A stretch of DNA of 64,000 nucleotides, from assembly GCA_963751345.1 (NCBI GenBank), contig CAVVUS010000018.1:160001-224000 (forward strand). Direction: 5' to 3'. Positions 21,450 through 31,517 of this stretch are shown in pieces. The stretch's first letter is position 1, and each line of letters opens with the position of its first letter. The stretch is from an uncultured Chloroflexia bacterium. Lineage in GTDB: Bacteria > Chloroflexota > Anaerolineae > B4-G1 > SLSP01. The position numbers were made by a program, and so were the translations under genes. The notes under the pieces are model-generated. The model searched no databases. It saw only the letters and a list, made by a program, of their open reading frames with translations, and was not told the origin of the DNA.

Positions 21450-23330
21450 ATGAACGGCTATACTGGGAAGATTCTCAGGGTGGACCTGACGAATCAGACG
21501 ATGGAAGTGGAAGAGCCCGATGAGGTATTTTACCGTCGCTACCTGGGTGGCGCGGGCTTGATCGCGTATTATTTGCTCAAAGAGGTTGATGCGGACACCG
21601 ATCCCCTGGGTCCGGATAACCTGTTGATCTTCGCGGGCGGCCCGATCACGGGCGTGCCCATCGCGGGGTCGGGCCGCAGCGCCGTGGGCGGAAAGTCCCC
21701 GCTCAACGGAGGATACGGCGAGGCCGATGTGGGTGGCTTCTTCGGCGCCGAGCTTCGCCGCGCGGGGTACGACGCCGTCGTGGTGCGTGGGATCGCCGAC
21801 AGCCCGGTCTATCTGTGGCTGCACGACGGCGAGGCCGAGATCCGCCCGGCGGATCACCTTTGGGGGATGACGACGGGCGATACCCAGGCGACGGTTCGCG
21901 AGGAACTGGGTGAGAAAAACGCGCGCTGTGCTCTCATCGGGCCGGCCGGGGAGAAGATGGTGCGCTATGCCTGCGTCATCAACGACCTGAAGCACGCCGC
22001 CGGCCGCACCGGGCTCGGTGCCGTGATGGGATCGAAGAAGCTCAAGTGCGTGGTGGCGCGTGGGAAGACCGCGGTGCCGCTGGCCGATAAAGATGGCGTC
22101 CAGGCGTTGGCCAGGTACATGACCAACAACTGGAAGGATAAGGCCTGGAGCATGCACGACCTGGGGACGCCGGGCGGCCTGACTGGCCTGCACAAGCAGG
22201 GCAAGCTGCCGACACGCAACTTCCAGGATGGGCAGTTCGAGGGCAACGAGCTTATCGGCGGCGAGGCCTTGCGCGATACGCTCCTGATCGACCGCGGGGG
22301 ATGCTATGCCTGCCCGATCCGCTGCAAGCGCGTCGTTGAGGTCAACGACGAGGACTACCAGGTGAATCCGATCTACGGCGGCCCCGAATATGAGACGTTG
22401 GGCTCGTTCGGCTCGGTCTGTGGTGTAGACGACCTGCGGGCGATCTCGAAGGCCAATGAGATCTGCAATGCCTATGGGATGGATACGATCTCGGCCGGCA
22501 TGACGGTGGCCTTTGCGATGGAATGCTACGAGAACGAGCTGCTCAGCGTCGAGGACACCGGCGGCCTGGAGTTGAGGTTTGGCAATGCCAAGGCGATGGT
22601 GGCGGCGGTCCAGCAGATTGCCGATCGCCAGGGACTGGGCGACCTCCTGGCCGAGGGTCCCAGCATCGCAGCCGTCAAGATCGGCGGAGAGGCGGAGTCC
22701 TTCGTCATCAGCACGCACGATCAGCCATTCCCGATGCACGAGTGTCGATCGCGCCACGGCCAGGCGTTAGGCTACGCGGTCTCACCGACGGGTGCCGACC
22801 ATATGCACAACATCTGGGATGAGGGCTTGGCTAACGAGCCGGTGGGCGAGGGATGGCAGGGGATGGGGGTCTACACGTCCGTGCCCGCCACCGAACTCGC
22901 CCCGGCCAAGGTGCACGCCTACACCGTTACGGCCAACCAGAAATGGATGGAGAACTCGCTGGGCCTTTGTGCCTTCATTCCGTGGACCAACGATGAGAAG
23001 GTCGAGATTGTGCGTGCCATCACGGGATGGGAGACGAATCAGTGGGAGTTGCTGACCGCAGGCGAGCGCAGTGTCACGATGATGCGCCTCTTCAACCTGC
23101 GGTGTGGCTGGACGCGTGCGGATGACGTGCTTCCGGCACGGATGGCGGAGCACCACCGCACCGGCTCGGTCACCGAGGAGCCTGTACTCCCCGAGGATCT
23201 GGCCGCGGCCGTCACCCGATTCTACGGGATGATGGGTTGGGATGAGGAGACCGGTGTGCCCACGATGACCCGGTTGGAAGAACTGGAGATCGAGTGGGCA
23301 GCAGCGCCTCGGACGGCACGCCAATTCTGA
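21450..23330 (+). CDS. aor: Aldehyde:ferredoxin oxidoreductase family (tungstopterin) protein
   Basis: GYTGKILRVDLT, KSPL, AGRTGLGAVMGSKKLK, CYACPIRC, GPEYET, GMDTIS, GLC. Confidence 0.94.
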   Translation: MNGYTGKILRVDLTNQTMEVEEPDEVFYRRYLGGAGLIAYYLLKEVDADTDPLGPDNLLIFAGGPITGVPIAGSGRSAVGGKSPLNGGYGEADVGGFFGAELRRAGYDAVVVRGIADSPVYLWLHDGEAEIRPADHLWGMTTGDTQATVREELGEKNARCALIGPAGEKMVRYACVINDLKHAAGRTGLGAVMGSKKLKCVVARGKTAVPLADKDGVQALARYMTNNWKDKAWSMHDLGTPGGLTGLHKQGKLPTRNFQDGQFEGNELIGGEALRDTLLIDRGGCYACPIRCKRVVEVNDEDYQVNPIYGGPEYETLGSFGSVCGVDDLRAISKANEICNAYGMDTISAGMTVAFAMECYENELLSVEDTGGLELRFGNAKAMVAAVQQIADRQGLGDLLAEGPSIAAVKIGGEAESFVISTHDQPFPMHECRSRHGQALGYAVSPTGADHMHNIWDEGLANEPVGEGWQGMGVYTSVPATELAPAKVHAYTVTANQKWMENSLGLCAFIPWTNDEKVEIVRAITGWETNQWELLTAGERSVTMMRLFNLRCGWTRADDVLPARMAEHHRTGSVTEEPVLPEDLAAAVTRFYGMMGWDEETGVPTMTRLEELEIEWAAAPRTARQF

Positions 23331-23338
23331 TTGGCGCT

Positions 23339-24763
23339 ATGCCTGAGGTCATCCCTCTCCCGGAGCCATCCACGGTATCACCTACACAACAGGTCGGCGG
23401 GACCCGGACACCGGGTCCCGCCGATTTTGCTTGTGGAACTGCCGTCCCCGCCCATTCTGACGGAAGGGGGGGTGGGGGTGGGGGCGCACTCTACCAACGG
23501 CGCAACTTCCGATTGGGTGTGATCAACGGCGCGCTCTTTCGGATCGGTGACGTCTTTGTCGACACCGATATGGTGCTGACGTGGTTTCTCGCACAACTCG
23601 GGTCGTCGAATCTGTTGATCGGCCTGGTCTCCCCGATCCGGTTCGGCGGATCGTTCCTTCTGCAGATGCTGGCCTCAGGCTACATGCAGCGCCAGCCCTA
23701 CAAGCTGCCCTTCTATCGTACGATCTCGGTCTTCCGTAGTGCAGCGCTTCTGGTCTTCGCGCTGCTCGTGGCGGTGGTCCCCGTCAGCAGCCCCTGGCTG
23801 ACCTTTGCCTTCTTCGTCGTCTTGACCCTCTTCAGCCTGGGGGCCGGCCTGGTCAGCATCCCGTTTATGGACGTAGTTGGGAAGGTGGTGCCGCCGCGGC
23901 GGCGGGGCGCCTTCTTCGGACAGCGTATGTTCTGGGGCGGGATCCTGGCACTCGCCGGGAGTTCGGTCGTGGGCTTGCTGCTCGCGGAACCGGATGGCCT
24001 GCACTTTCCGCTGAACGTCTCGGTGATGTTCATTCTGGCGGCGGTACTGATGGGCGTGACCGCCTGGTCGTGGGTCCTGGTCAAGGAACCGCCGAGCCCG
24101 ATCGAGGATGCGGAGACGTCTTCGGGGGATGGGTGGGGGCAGTTGCGGCGGGGGTTGTCGCTTCTGAGGGAGGATCCCCTCTACCGGCGCTACGCTGTGG
24201 TGCGGTTTGCGCTGCTGATCGCCGACTGGGGTACGCCCTTCTATATCGTCTATGCGAGGAATGTGCTGGGGGTTCCCGCGACGATGGTGGGACTCTACCT
24301 CGCCGTACGTACCGTGGCGATGATCTTCTCTAACCTGGCGTGGGGTCGCGTGAGCGATGACCGGGGGAACCGCAGGCTCATCAGGATGACCACGGTGGTT
24401 GGCATCATCACGCCGCTATTGGTGCTGGGGCTGGGCTGGATCCACCGCACGGTTCCCGGCGCGACCACCTGGCTGAGGTACGCCTTTGCCCTCGTCTTTT
24501 TGACGGCGGGGACCTACAGCTCGGGTTCGGGTATTGGGCTCATCAACTACCTGCTGGATATCGCGCCCGACGAGAAGCGCCCGCTCTACCTGGCATTCAA
24601 CAACACGCTCTTCGGGCTGGCGCGGTTCCTGGCGATGGCCAGCGGCCTGATCGTGGACTGGGCGGGCTACGAAGTATTGCTGGCGATCGGCTTCGTCTTC
24701 TACTGTCTCGCTCTGGTGCTCTCGCGTACGATGGCGGAGCCACGCACTACGGCAAGTGGGTGA
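23339..24763 (+). CDS. MFS transporter
   Basis: About 12 hydrophobic segments, WGRVSDDRGNR loop, DVVGKVVPPRRRG; start uncertain. Confidence 0.85.
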   Translation: MPEVIPLPEPSTVSPTQQVGGTRTPGPADFACGTAVPAHSDGRGGGGGGALYQRRNFRLGVINGALFRIGDVFVDTDMVLTWFLAQLGSSNLLIGLVSPIRFGGSFLLQMLASGYMQRQPYKLPFYRTISVFRSAALLVFALLVAVVPVSSPWLTFAFFVVLTLFSLGAGLVSIPFMDVVGKVVPPRRRGAFFGQRMFWGGILALAGSSVVGLLLAEPDGLHFPLNVSVMFILAAVLMGVTAWSWVLVKEPPSPIEDAETSSGDGWGQLRRGLSLLREDPLYRRYAVVRFALLIADWGTPFYIVYARNVLGVPATMVGLYLAVRTVAMIFSNLAWGRVSDDRGNRRLIRMTTVVGIITPLLVLGLGWIHRTVPGATTWLRYAFALVFLTAGTYSSGSGIGLINYLLDIAPDEKRPLYLAFNNTLFGLARFLAMASGLIVDWAGYEVLLAIGFVFYCLALVLSRTMAEPRTTASG

Positions 24764-24815
24764 CGAAACCTTTGGCGCCATCGTAGGCATAGGATGGCCA
24801 GCCAGGTCCGGCGCA

Positions 24816-24843
24816 TTGACCGCCGGGGGACGTTAGTTATACT
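24816..24843 (+). promoter_or_regulatory. Putative sigma70 promoter; near-leaderless transcript
   Basis: TTGACC-N16-TATACT, 9 nt before ATG 24853, no SD. Confidence 0.45.
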
Positions 24844-24852
24844 TCCCCGAGA

Positions 24853-25695
24853 ATGGGAACGACCTCTCGATTCATCCTTATGGCAGGGCTCCTGCTTGCG
24901 CTGGCAACCGGCTGCGGGGCGCTGCCGGCTCTGACGCAGACCCCACCTGGGCCACCTGTGCCCACGCTCGTGCCGACGGCATTCCCTCAACCCACCATCA
25001 CCCCGTTGCCTCCTGATACGGGGTGGCAGCTACTCTATTCGGGCGTCGAGGTGCGCAGCGTCAACGTACCTGACGACCAGGGGACGGAACGGGTGACCGT
25101 GGCGCGGGCGGATCCGGCGGCTGTGACGTTCCGAGCCCTCTATACGCCCGGCGTGGCCTATCCGGCGAGCGTGTGGGCGCGCCGGACCGGGGCGCTGCTT
25201 GTGGTCAACGGCGGGTATTTTGCCGATGCGGACACTGTGACCGGTCTGACGATCGTCGACGGTGCGGCCTACGGCACGCCATACGGGGACTTTGCCGGGA
25301 TGTTTGCGGTGGGAGCGGACGGCGGGGCGTCGGTGCGCTGGCTGCGCACCTGGCCCTACGATCCGGCGGAAGGGCTGGTGAGCGCCGTGCAGAGCTTCCC
25401 GGTGCTGGTAAAGCCGGGAGGCGAGATGGGTTTTCCGGCGAATGCCGACGACGGGCGGCCTTCACGCCGTACGGTGGTGGCCCAGGACCGGCAAGGACGG
25501 CTCCTGTTCCTGATCGCGCCGCGGGGTTACTTGGACCTCCACGCGCTGGCGGTCTGGCTCGCCGGGAGTGACCTCGACGTGGACGTGGCGCTCAACCTCG
25601 ATGGCGGCACGTCGTCAGGATTCTGGATGGCGGACGGCCCGCAGATCGAGTCGCTGATTCCCGTGCCGGCGGTGATCGGCGTCTTTGCGCGGTGA
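24853..25695 (+). CDS. Phosphodiester glycosidase (NAGPA/DUF2233) family lipoprotein
   Basis: Lipobox LATGC, VNGGYF, SRRTVVA, ALNLDGGTSS. Confidence 0.85.
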   Translation: MGTTSRFILMAGLLLALATGCGALPALTQTPPGPPVPTLVPTAFPQPTITPLPPDTGWQLLYSGVEVRSVNVPDDQGTERVTVARADPAAVTFRALYTPGVAYPASVWARRTGALLVVNGGYFADADTVTGLTIVDGAAYGTPYGDFAGMFAVGADGGASVRWLRTWPYDPAEGLVSAVQSFPVLVKPGGEMGFPANADDGRPSRRTVVAQDRQGRLLFLIAPRGYLDLHALAVWLAGSDLDVDVALNLDGGTSSGFWMADGPQIESLIPVPAVIGVFAR

Positions 25696-25794
25696 TCCTC
25701 CAACCTCAAAACACCTTTGTGATGATGGCTTGCGGTGGCGCAAGATGTCTCACTGTTATTCAAGTGGGATGGCTGAGGTATGAGCGGATCGGCG

Positions 25795-27915
25795 CTACGG
25801 GGCGACCACTATCTGGCCCAGGTCAACGTAGTCACCAGCGGGCACGCCGTCTACATCAACCGGCAACCGTTCGCCTGAAAAGCGGTACATCCCGGCGCGC
25901 AGCATGTAGGTCCCCGGTGGTAAGTTGGAAGGCAGGAGGATGCCGTAACGGTCGACCACGATCTCCGCCTGATGCCAGGCCGTGGTAGGCAGAAAGCCGG
26001 CCTGCGGTTCCATATCCGTCTGCGCGACCAGTGCTCCTTGCGCGTCCACGAGGTGGATGAAGACCTTGAGCGGTTCGGTGGGCGTCTGATCCGCGCTCCA
26101 GAAGAGGGTGATGGGTACGATGTCGCCTGACCTCCAACTGTCTGTCGGAAGGTCGTAGCCGGTCAGCCGGATGGCGGCCCCCAACGTGACGTCGGATGTG
26201 GTGCTTGGCGCCTCTGCTGCCGGCGCAGCGGCATAGTGCGCGAGACGCACGGACGTGATCCACACCTCGCCGGCCTTGAAGGCTGTCCGGGCCAGGGTGC
26301 GCTCGATCGTGCGCTCGGGGTCGGATTCGGTGTCGCCCCAGTAAAGCACGAAGAGCCGTCCTCCCGAATGCGCTGCAACGATGTCGTCGACCCAGCGCTC
26401 TGCTTCTGCCTCCGTCGGCCGGTAGGGCGCCGGGTAGACCGGCAGGTCATCGCCCTGCGCCTCCCGGTAGTAGTAGGTGAAGACCTCCCACTGGTTGGGC
26501 GCGTCCAATAGCACGGCGTCGCCGGGCCGGCCCTCCGCTCGGATAAGCGCCGCGATGCTCCGGTAATCGTCCCGCCGGTAGGCCGGATCGTCGTAGAGGT
26601 GTTGGAGTGACCTGATCTGCGGCGGCATCAGCACGACAAGGAGCGCCAGCGCCGCAGCCTGGCTGAGGATTGGCGCGGAGCGCCCTGTGCTGCTGGTGTG
26701 CTTTCTCGACCATCCTTGGAGAGGGGCTGCCAGTGCGACGGCAAGCGGTGCCACGCTCACCATCAGGAACTTGAGGTAGGCCGGACGGTAGATGCCCGCC
26801 GTGGCGATGGCAGCCATAGGCACGATGGCCATACTTAGTGCGGCCCACAGCGCGAAGCGCGCGGTTGAACGCCTCGCCACGCGCAGCGAGATCCAGAGCG
26901 TCACCAGCGCCAGCACGGCGGCGCTAGTTATCACCGCCCAACCGACGGGATCGGGCAAAGTCACGCCGGCAAGCAGGGCCTGGGTCAGTGCCCCGACCGC
27001 CTTACCGGAGGCGAGGTCGGGGGGGCGCCAGTCGCCGGCCCTGAGCGCAATCGGTGCCCAGGGGAGAAAGACAAGAACCCCGAGGACGTGGGCGAGGAGC
27101 CAGAAGCCCAGCAGACGGCCATAAGTGTGGGCAACCGGCGTCTCGTGCTCTGATGCCTCACGTCTCGCCGTGCGAAGATAGCGGAGATTCTCGGGCATGG
27201 GCCTGCCTGCCTGAGCCGAGACCCCAGAGGTCTTCGCCGGCAGCGGGCGGACGGCGCCTACTAGCCAATAGAGGCCGAAGGCGGCGTTGAGCGCAGCAAG
27301 GGCGAGCGCGTAGGCATACTGGGTGTAGAGCCCCAGGGTGATAGCGGCGGCGAGGGCCAGGGCAGCCCATGTCGGCGGGCGCCCGCCGCGTCGAACCTGG
27401 TCGACGAGCCCCACTGCCGCCCACAACGTCAGGGCCGTCGCGAGGCCAAGCTGGGCATACATGCGGGCTTCCTGGCTGTAGTTGACGGCCAGGGGATGGA
27501 TGGCGGCAAGCGCCATCGCACCATACGTCGCGGCGCTGCCGGCAAGCGAAGTGCCGTGACGGATCGCTGACCGTCTCCTCGCCAATCGCCCGATCGCCCC
27601 CACCACTGCTACGATCAGCACGCCGCAGAGCGTCGAGTAGGCGCGGAGCGCGAACTCGGTTTCACCCGCTGCGGCCCGCCAGAGGTGCAGCAACAGGTAG
27701 TAGCCGGGTGGGTGGATGTCACCGGCGGCGCCCTCGATGATCAGGCGGATGGGACGCTCGACGAGCCGCGCTGTGTTGCCCTCGTCATTCCAGAACGATT
27801 GTAGCCCCAAGTTGTGGAAGCGTAGGGCCGTGGCGAGGAGCAGAAGGGCAAGAGGTAGCGCCAGGTGAAGGATCCATCCGGGGCTTCGACGGGCGCTCGG
27901 AGTTGGAGCGGTCAT
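25795..27915 (-). CDS. GT39/PMT-like membrane glycosyltransferase with C-terminal Ig-like domain
   Basis: SFWNDE, DIHPPGYY, YSQEARMY, many TM helices, C-terminal LFW...VFIHLVD...LPPGTY..GMY. Confidence 0.85.
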   Translation of the reverse strand: MTAPTPSARRSPGWILHLALPLALLLLATALRFHNLGLQSFWNDEGNTARLVERPIRLIIEGAAGDIHPPGYYLLLHLWRAAAGETEFALRAYSTLCGVLIVAVVGAIGRLARRRSAIRHGTSLAGSAATYGAMALAAIHPLAVNYSQEARMYAQLGLATALTLWAAVGLVDQVRRGGRPPTWAALALAAAITLGLYTQYAYALALAALNAAFGLYWLVGAVRPLPAKTSGVSAQAGRPMPENLRYLRTARREASEHETPVAHTYGRLLGFWLLAHVLGVLVFLPWAPIALRAGDWRPPDLASGKAVGALTQALLAGVTLPDPVGWAVITSAAVLALVTLWISLRVARRSTARFALWAALSMAIVPMAAIATAGIYRPAYLKFLMVSVAPLAVALAAPLQGWSRKHTSSTGRSAPILSQAAALALLVVLMPPQIRSLQHLYDDPAYRRDDYRSIAALIRAEGRPGDAVLLDAPNQWEVFTYYYREAQGDDLPVYPAPYRPTEAEAERWVDDIVAAHSGGRLFVLYWGDTESDPERTIERTLARTAFKAGEVWITSVRLAHYAAAPAAEAPSTTSDVTLGAAIRLTGYDLPTDSWRSGDIVPITLFWSADQTPTEPLKVFIHLVDAQGALVAQTDMEPQAGFLPTTAWHQAEIVVDRYGILLPSNLPPGTYMLRAGMYRFSGERLPVDVDGVPAGDYVDLGQIVVAP

Positions 27916-28686
27916 AGGAGCTTCGTGTCTGAGTGGTGTCCGCCGGAGTCTCCCTCTCCGGCTCCACCCTGGAGCGGGGGGGATCGGAGACCGGCTCTGC
28001 TCCCTCCGGATCAGGAGGAGGGCCCGAGCCTGCAGGGTGTCCGAGCCTGCGCGAGTGTCCTCCGGTTCGTCACGGTGGAGAGCTTGCCAGATTTTGCGCT
28101 CGGGGATGGCCCCACGGCGTACAATCACCGGCGGGTCGGGAATGCAGTCGACAATGGTGGAAGGGATGCCGTAGGGTGTGCGCCCGCCGTCGAGGATAAG
28201 CGCGATGTCGTCAGGGAAGAGGGCCGCAGCCTCCTGGGCGGTGATGGCGGGCGAATAGCCGCTGCGAATGGCGCCGGTAATGAGCAGATGGCCTCCGCAC
28301 GCCTCCAGGATGGGGGACAGCGCCGGGTATGCCGGGACGCGCACAGCGATGGGCGTCGCTTTGGCGTACGCGAGTATGTCTGCGACGGGCGGAACGATCA
28401 GGGTGAGCGAGCCGGGCCAGAATCGTCGGGCCAGCTTGAGCGCAGCGAGGCCGGGCCGTGCGATACGGAGCATTTCACCCTCGTCGCTGATGAGGAAGGG
28501 GAGCGCCGGCTCGGGTTCACGGCCCCGGACCTTGCTCAGACGATGGATCGTTGAAGCGTCCACCATCGTCGTTGCGATGCCATAAATGGTGTCGGTTGGC
28601 ACGATGACGAGCTCGCCCGCACGCATCAGGGCGACGGCACGTGCTACGGCTTCCGAGCTGCGGACTGAGAGGATGGGTGCGGTCAC
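27912..28686 (-). CDS. tsaC: L-threonylcarbamoyladenylate synthase (TsaC/Sua5/YrdC)
   Basis: VPTDTIYG, FWPGSLT, AVRVP, STIVD. GTG start overlaps the HAD stop. 3' end uncertain because the assembled frame reads into GT39. Confidence 0.8.
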
Positions 28687-29492
28687 AGAGCCTCCGTCTC
28701 CGCAAGCACGTAGCGCTCCAGGATCGCTGCGGCGCCATCGTCTTCGAGCGGAGGCGCGACCCAGTCTGCGGCGGCGATGACATCGTCGACAGCATTGCCG
28801 ATTGCCACACCGGTGCCGGCCCACGTGATCATGGATAGATCGTTGTGCTGGTCGCCGGCAGCAAGGATGGCTTCGCGAGGGATGCCGATCCGGTCGGCGA
28901 GCCAGGCCAGGGCACTGCCTTTGCTGACGTTCTTGGGTACGACCTCGATGAAGTTGGCGTGGGATTGGATGATGTCGGCTGCTTCCCCGAATTCGGATGT
29001 CAGCCGCGCCGTGATTGCCGGAATGGCCTCAGGGTCGGCGATGTAGAGGACCTTGTCTGCCGTGTGGCCAGATAAAAGCGAGGCTAGATCCGGTTCGACA
29101 ATTGGATTGGGACCGAGCATTTGCTCATAGTAGCGTCGTGGGTACTTTTCGGCATCGATGTACAACTGGCCCTCGACGAAGAACGCCATATGCCAGCCCA
29201 GCGCGACCCCAAGGTCGATGGCCCTCCGCGCTTCAGTGCTGGGAAGTGCGGCACGATAGAGGACCGGAGCATCCAGCGCCTGGATCCAGCCGCCCTGATA
29301 GCAGATCAGTGGTGCAGTGAGGTTGAGGCTGCGGGCAAAGGGCGCCGTGGCCGAGAACATTCGCCCGGTGGCCAGGGTGACGATCACGCCGCGCTCAAGG
29401 GTGGCGGCAATAGCACGTCTCACCTCCGGCCGGATCACCTGATGGCTGTCCATCAAGGTCCCGTCGAGGTCGAAGGCGATAAGGCGGATCAT
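28683..29492 (-). CDS. Cof-type HAD-IIB hydrolase
   Basis: FDLDGTL, ATGR, VSKG, GDQHNDLSM. Confidence 0.92.
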   Translation of the reverse strand: MIRLIAFDLDGTLMDSHQVIRPEVRRAIAATLERGVIVTLATGRMFSATAPFARSLNLTAPLICYQGGWIQALDAPVLYRAALPSTEARRAIDLGVALGWHMAFFVEGQLYIDAEKYPRRYYEQMLGPNPIVEPDLASLLSGHTADKVLYIADPEAIPAITARLTSEFGEAADIIQSHANFIEVVPKNVSKGSALAWLADRIGIPREAILAAGDQHNDLSMITWAGTGVAIGNAVDDVIAAADWVAPPLEDDGAAAILERYVLAETEAL

Positions 29493-29495
29493 GTA

Positions 29496-30485
29496 CTACT
29501 GCATCAACAGGATCGAGACCACGGCTGCCCAGAGGCTGGCCATAGCGGCGAGGAGACCGCTCCAGAGAAAGTAGGCGAGCGCGCGCTCGCGTTGGTAGAA
29601 GAAGAGACCCAATGTGCTGTCGATGACGGCAAAGATTGTCCCTACCAGTGCGATATAGAAGATGCGCGCCGGGTTGGTCACGAGCAGGGGCGTGCCGGAT
29701 GAGGTGAATCGCAGAGCGATCTGGCCGGGCAGATAGGGGTATCGCCAGCAAAGCACACCCACGAGCAGGATGAGCAGCGTGAAGCTGCCGCCGAGCATGA
29801 TCAGCGCCCAGCGATCGTGCCAGATCGGCCAATCCAGAAACTTGGGATGGCTCGATCGCTCCTCGATCTCCTGGGTGGGCCCCATCTCCAGTCGCTCGCG
29901 AAGCGCGACGAGAAACTCCTCCTTGTCTGCGGGGGAGATGCCGTAAGCCACACCTTGGGTGCGAACGACGACCTGCTTCTTGGGCGCTGCCGTGGCGTAG
30001 AATAGGATCGGGCGCCGATTCTCCGAGGGCTCTCGCTCGTCCACTGAGCCGGCCTCGACCGGTGACGCCTCCGCTTGATTGTCGTCGCCCCCGCCGTCAA
30101 GGCCGAGCGGGGTGCTGCCCAGTGCGACGAAGTAGCCGGGCCATCGCAGGCTCAGCCGCACGCTCAGGCCTGCCAGTTTTTCGCCCGAAATCACCTCGCG
30201 AACCGACCCCATCGGGATCTGATGCTCTACCGGGCCCCAGTGAAGGGTTAGTGCATTGCGATCCAGTTCATAGCTTGCGTTGATAAGCTCCCAGACCTGG
30301 TAGACGATGCGGATGGCGAGGCCCAGGGTCAGACACGCTCCGACGGCCAGCAGGAATACCCAGATGGAGAGGGGGGTGACCATGGCGGTGACGATGAGTC
30401 CCACGGTCGCCGCGATCGCGATGACGGCCAAGGCAAGGCCGAAGATCCAGCCCTTGCGGATTTCGAGGCGCCAAGTGTTGTCCAC
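29496..30485 (-). CDS. Bacterial PH-domain membrane protein with DUF1648-like C-terminus
   Basis: Two N-terminal TM, YELDRNAL...YGISP PH-like region, YPYLP.QI..F plus 3 TM. Confidence 0.6.
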   Translation of the reverse strand: MDNTWRLEIRKGWIFGLALAVIAIAATVGLIVTAMVTPLSIWVFLLAVGACLTLGLAIRIVYQVWELINASYELDRNALTLHWGPVEHQIPMGSVREVISGEKLAGLSVRLSLRWPGYFVALGSTPLGLDGGGDDNQAEASPVEAGSVDEREPSENRRPILFYATAAPKKQVVVRTQGVAYGISPADKEEFLVALRERLEMGPTQEIEERSSHPKFLDWPIWHDRWALIMLGGSFTLLILLVGVLCWRYPYLPGQIALRFTSSGTPLLVTNPARIFYIALVGTIFAVIDSTLGLFFYQRERALAYFLWSGLLAAMASLWAAVVSILLMQ

Positions 30486-30490
30486 CCCGC

Positions 30491-31096
30491 CTAAAGCTCC
30501 TGGCGAGACTCTAGCGCCCTTGAGAGGGTGACGGCGTCAGCGTACTCAAGGTCGCCCCCCACGGGAAGTCCACGACCCAGACGGGTCACGCGGACACCCA
30601 AGGGTTTGAGGCGCTGCACCAGGTAAGCTGCCGTGTAGTCGCCCTCGCTCGTCGGGTTGGTGGCGAGGATCACCTCGGCAATGTCGCCTTCGCGCACCCG
30701 TTTCTCTAGCTCGGTGATGCGTAGATCCTCGGCAAAGATGCCCTCAAGGGGTGAGAGGGCACCGTGGAGCACGTGGTAGACCCCGCGATAGCTCTCGGTA
30801 CGTTCGAGCGAGAGCACGTCCATAGGTTCCTCGATGACGCAGATGATCCGCTGATCACGGGCGGGATCGGCACAAATTGGGCAGGGGTCGGCCTCCGTGA
30901 CGTTGTAGCAGACGGAACAGAAACGTGTATGGTTGACCAGTCCCTGGAGGGTTTCCGAGAGACGTAGCGCCAGTTCGGACTTGCCGCGCAGCAGGAAGAA
31001 TGCGAGGCGCGAGGCCGTCTTGGGTCCGATGCCGGGGAGTTCGGCAAAGGTGTCGATCAGTTGGGTGACCGATGGTGGAATTGCAGCGTTTGGCAT
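30491..31096 (-). CDS. recR: Recombination mediator RecR
   Basis: LPGIGPKTA, C4 zinc finger, YHVLHG, Toprim ATNPTSEG. Confidence 0.97.
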   Translation of the reverse strand: MPNAAIPPSVTQLIDTFAELPGIGPKTASRLAFFLLRGKSELALRLSETLQGLVNHTRFCSVCYNVTEADPCPICADPARDQRIICVIEEPMDVLSLERTESYRGVYHVLHGALSPLEGIFAEDLRITELEKRVREGDIAEVILATNPTSEGDYTAAYLVQRLKPLGVRVTRLGRGLPVGGDLEYADAVTLSRALESRQEL

Positions 31097-31133
31097 GGTC
31101 AAAATGGCGAATTTTGCGCTGGGGCCGGGGTCT

Positions 31134-31478
31134 CTAGAGCCCCGGGATACCCAGTCCGCCGGTCAGGGCTGACAAGCGGTCTGCCACCATAGCTTGGGCC
31201 TTCTGAATGCCCTCGTTGACGGCTGCCAGGATCAGGTCTTGGAGCATCTCGACGTCTTCAGGATCAACGACCTCCGGGTCAATCGTGATGCTCTGGACCT
31301 CCAGAGCGCCGTTGATAGCCAGGCCGATCATACCGCCACCGGCAGTTACCTCAACAACTTCCTTGTTGGCCTCTGCCTGGATGCTTTCCATCTGTGATTG
31401 CATTTGCTGAACCTGGCGCATGAGGTTCTTGGGGTCCATCCCGCCACCTCTGCCGTAGCTGCTTCCTCGACGTGACAT
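31134..31478 (-). CDS. ybaB: YbaB/EbfC nucleoid-associated protein
   Basis: AGGGM, DVEMLQDLILAAVN; conserved dnaX-ybaB-recR order. Confidence 0.95.
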   Translation of the reverse strand: MSRRGSSYGRGGGMDPKNLMRQVQQMQSQMESIQAEANKEVVEVTAGGGMIGLAINGALEVQSITIDPEVVDPEDVEMLQDLILAAVNEGIQKAQAMVADRLSALTGGLGIPGL

Positions 31479-31517
31479 CGTGTCTCCTTGGGATACTGGG
31501 TGCCCTGAAGGGCAGTC

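Noticed and set aside
27930-28050. ncRNA between tsaC and GT39
   Set aside because: The short GC hairpins are better explained as the low-complexity coding tail of tsaC; no recognisable RNA motif
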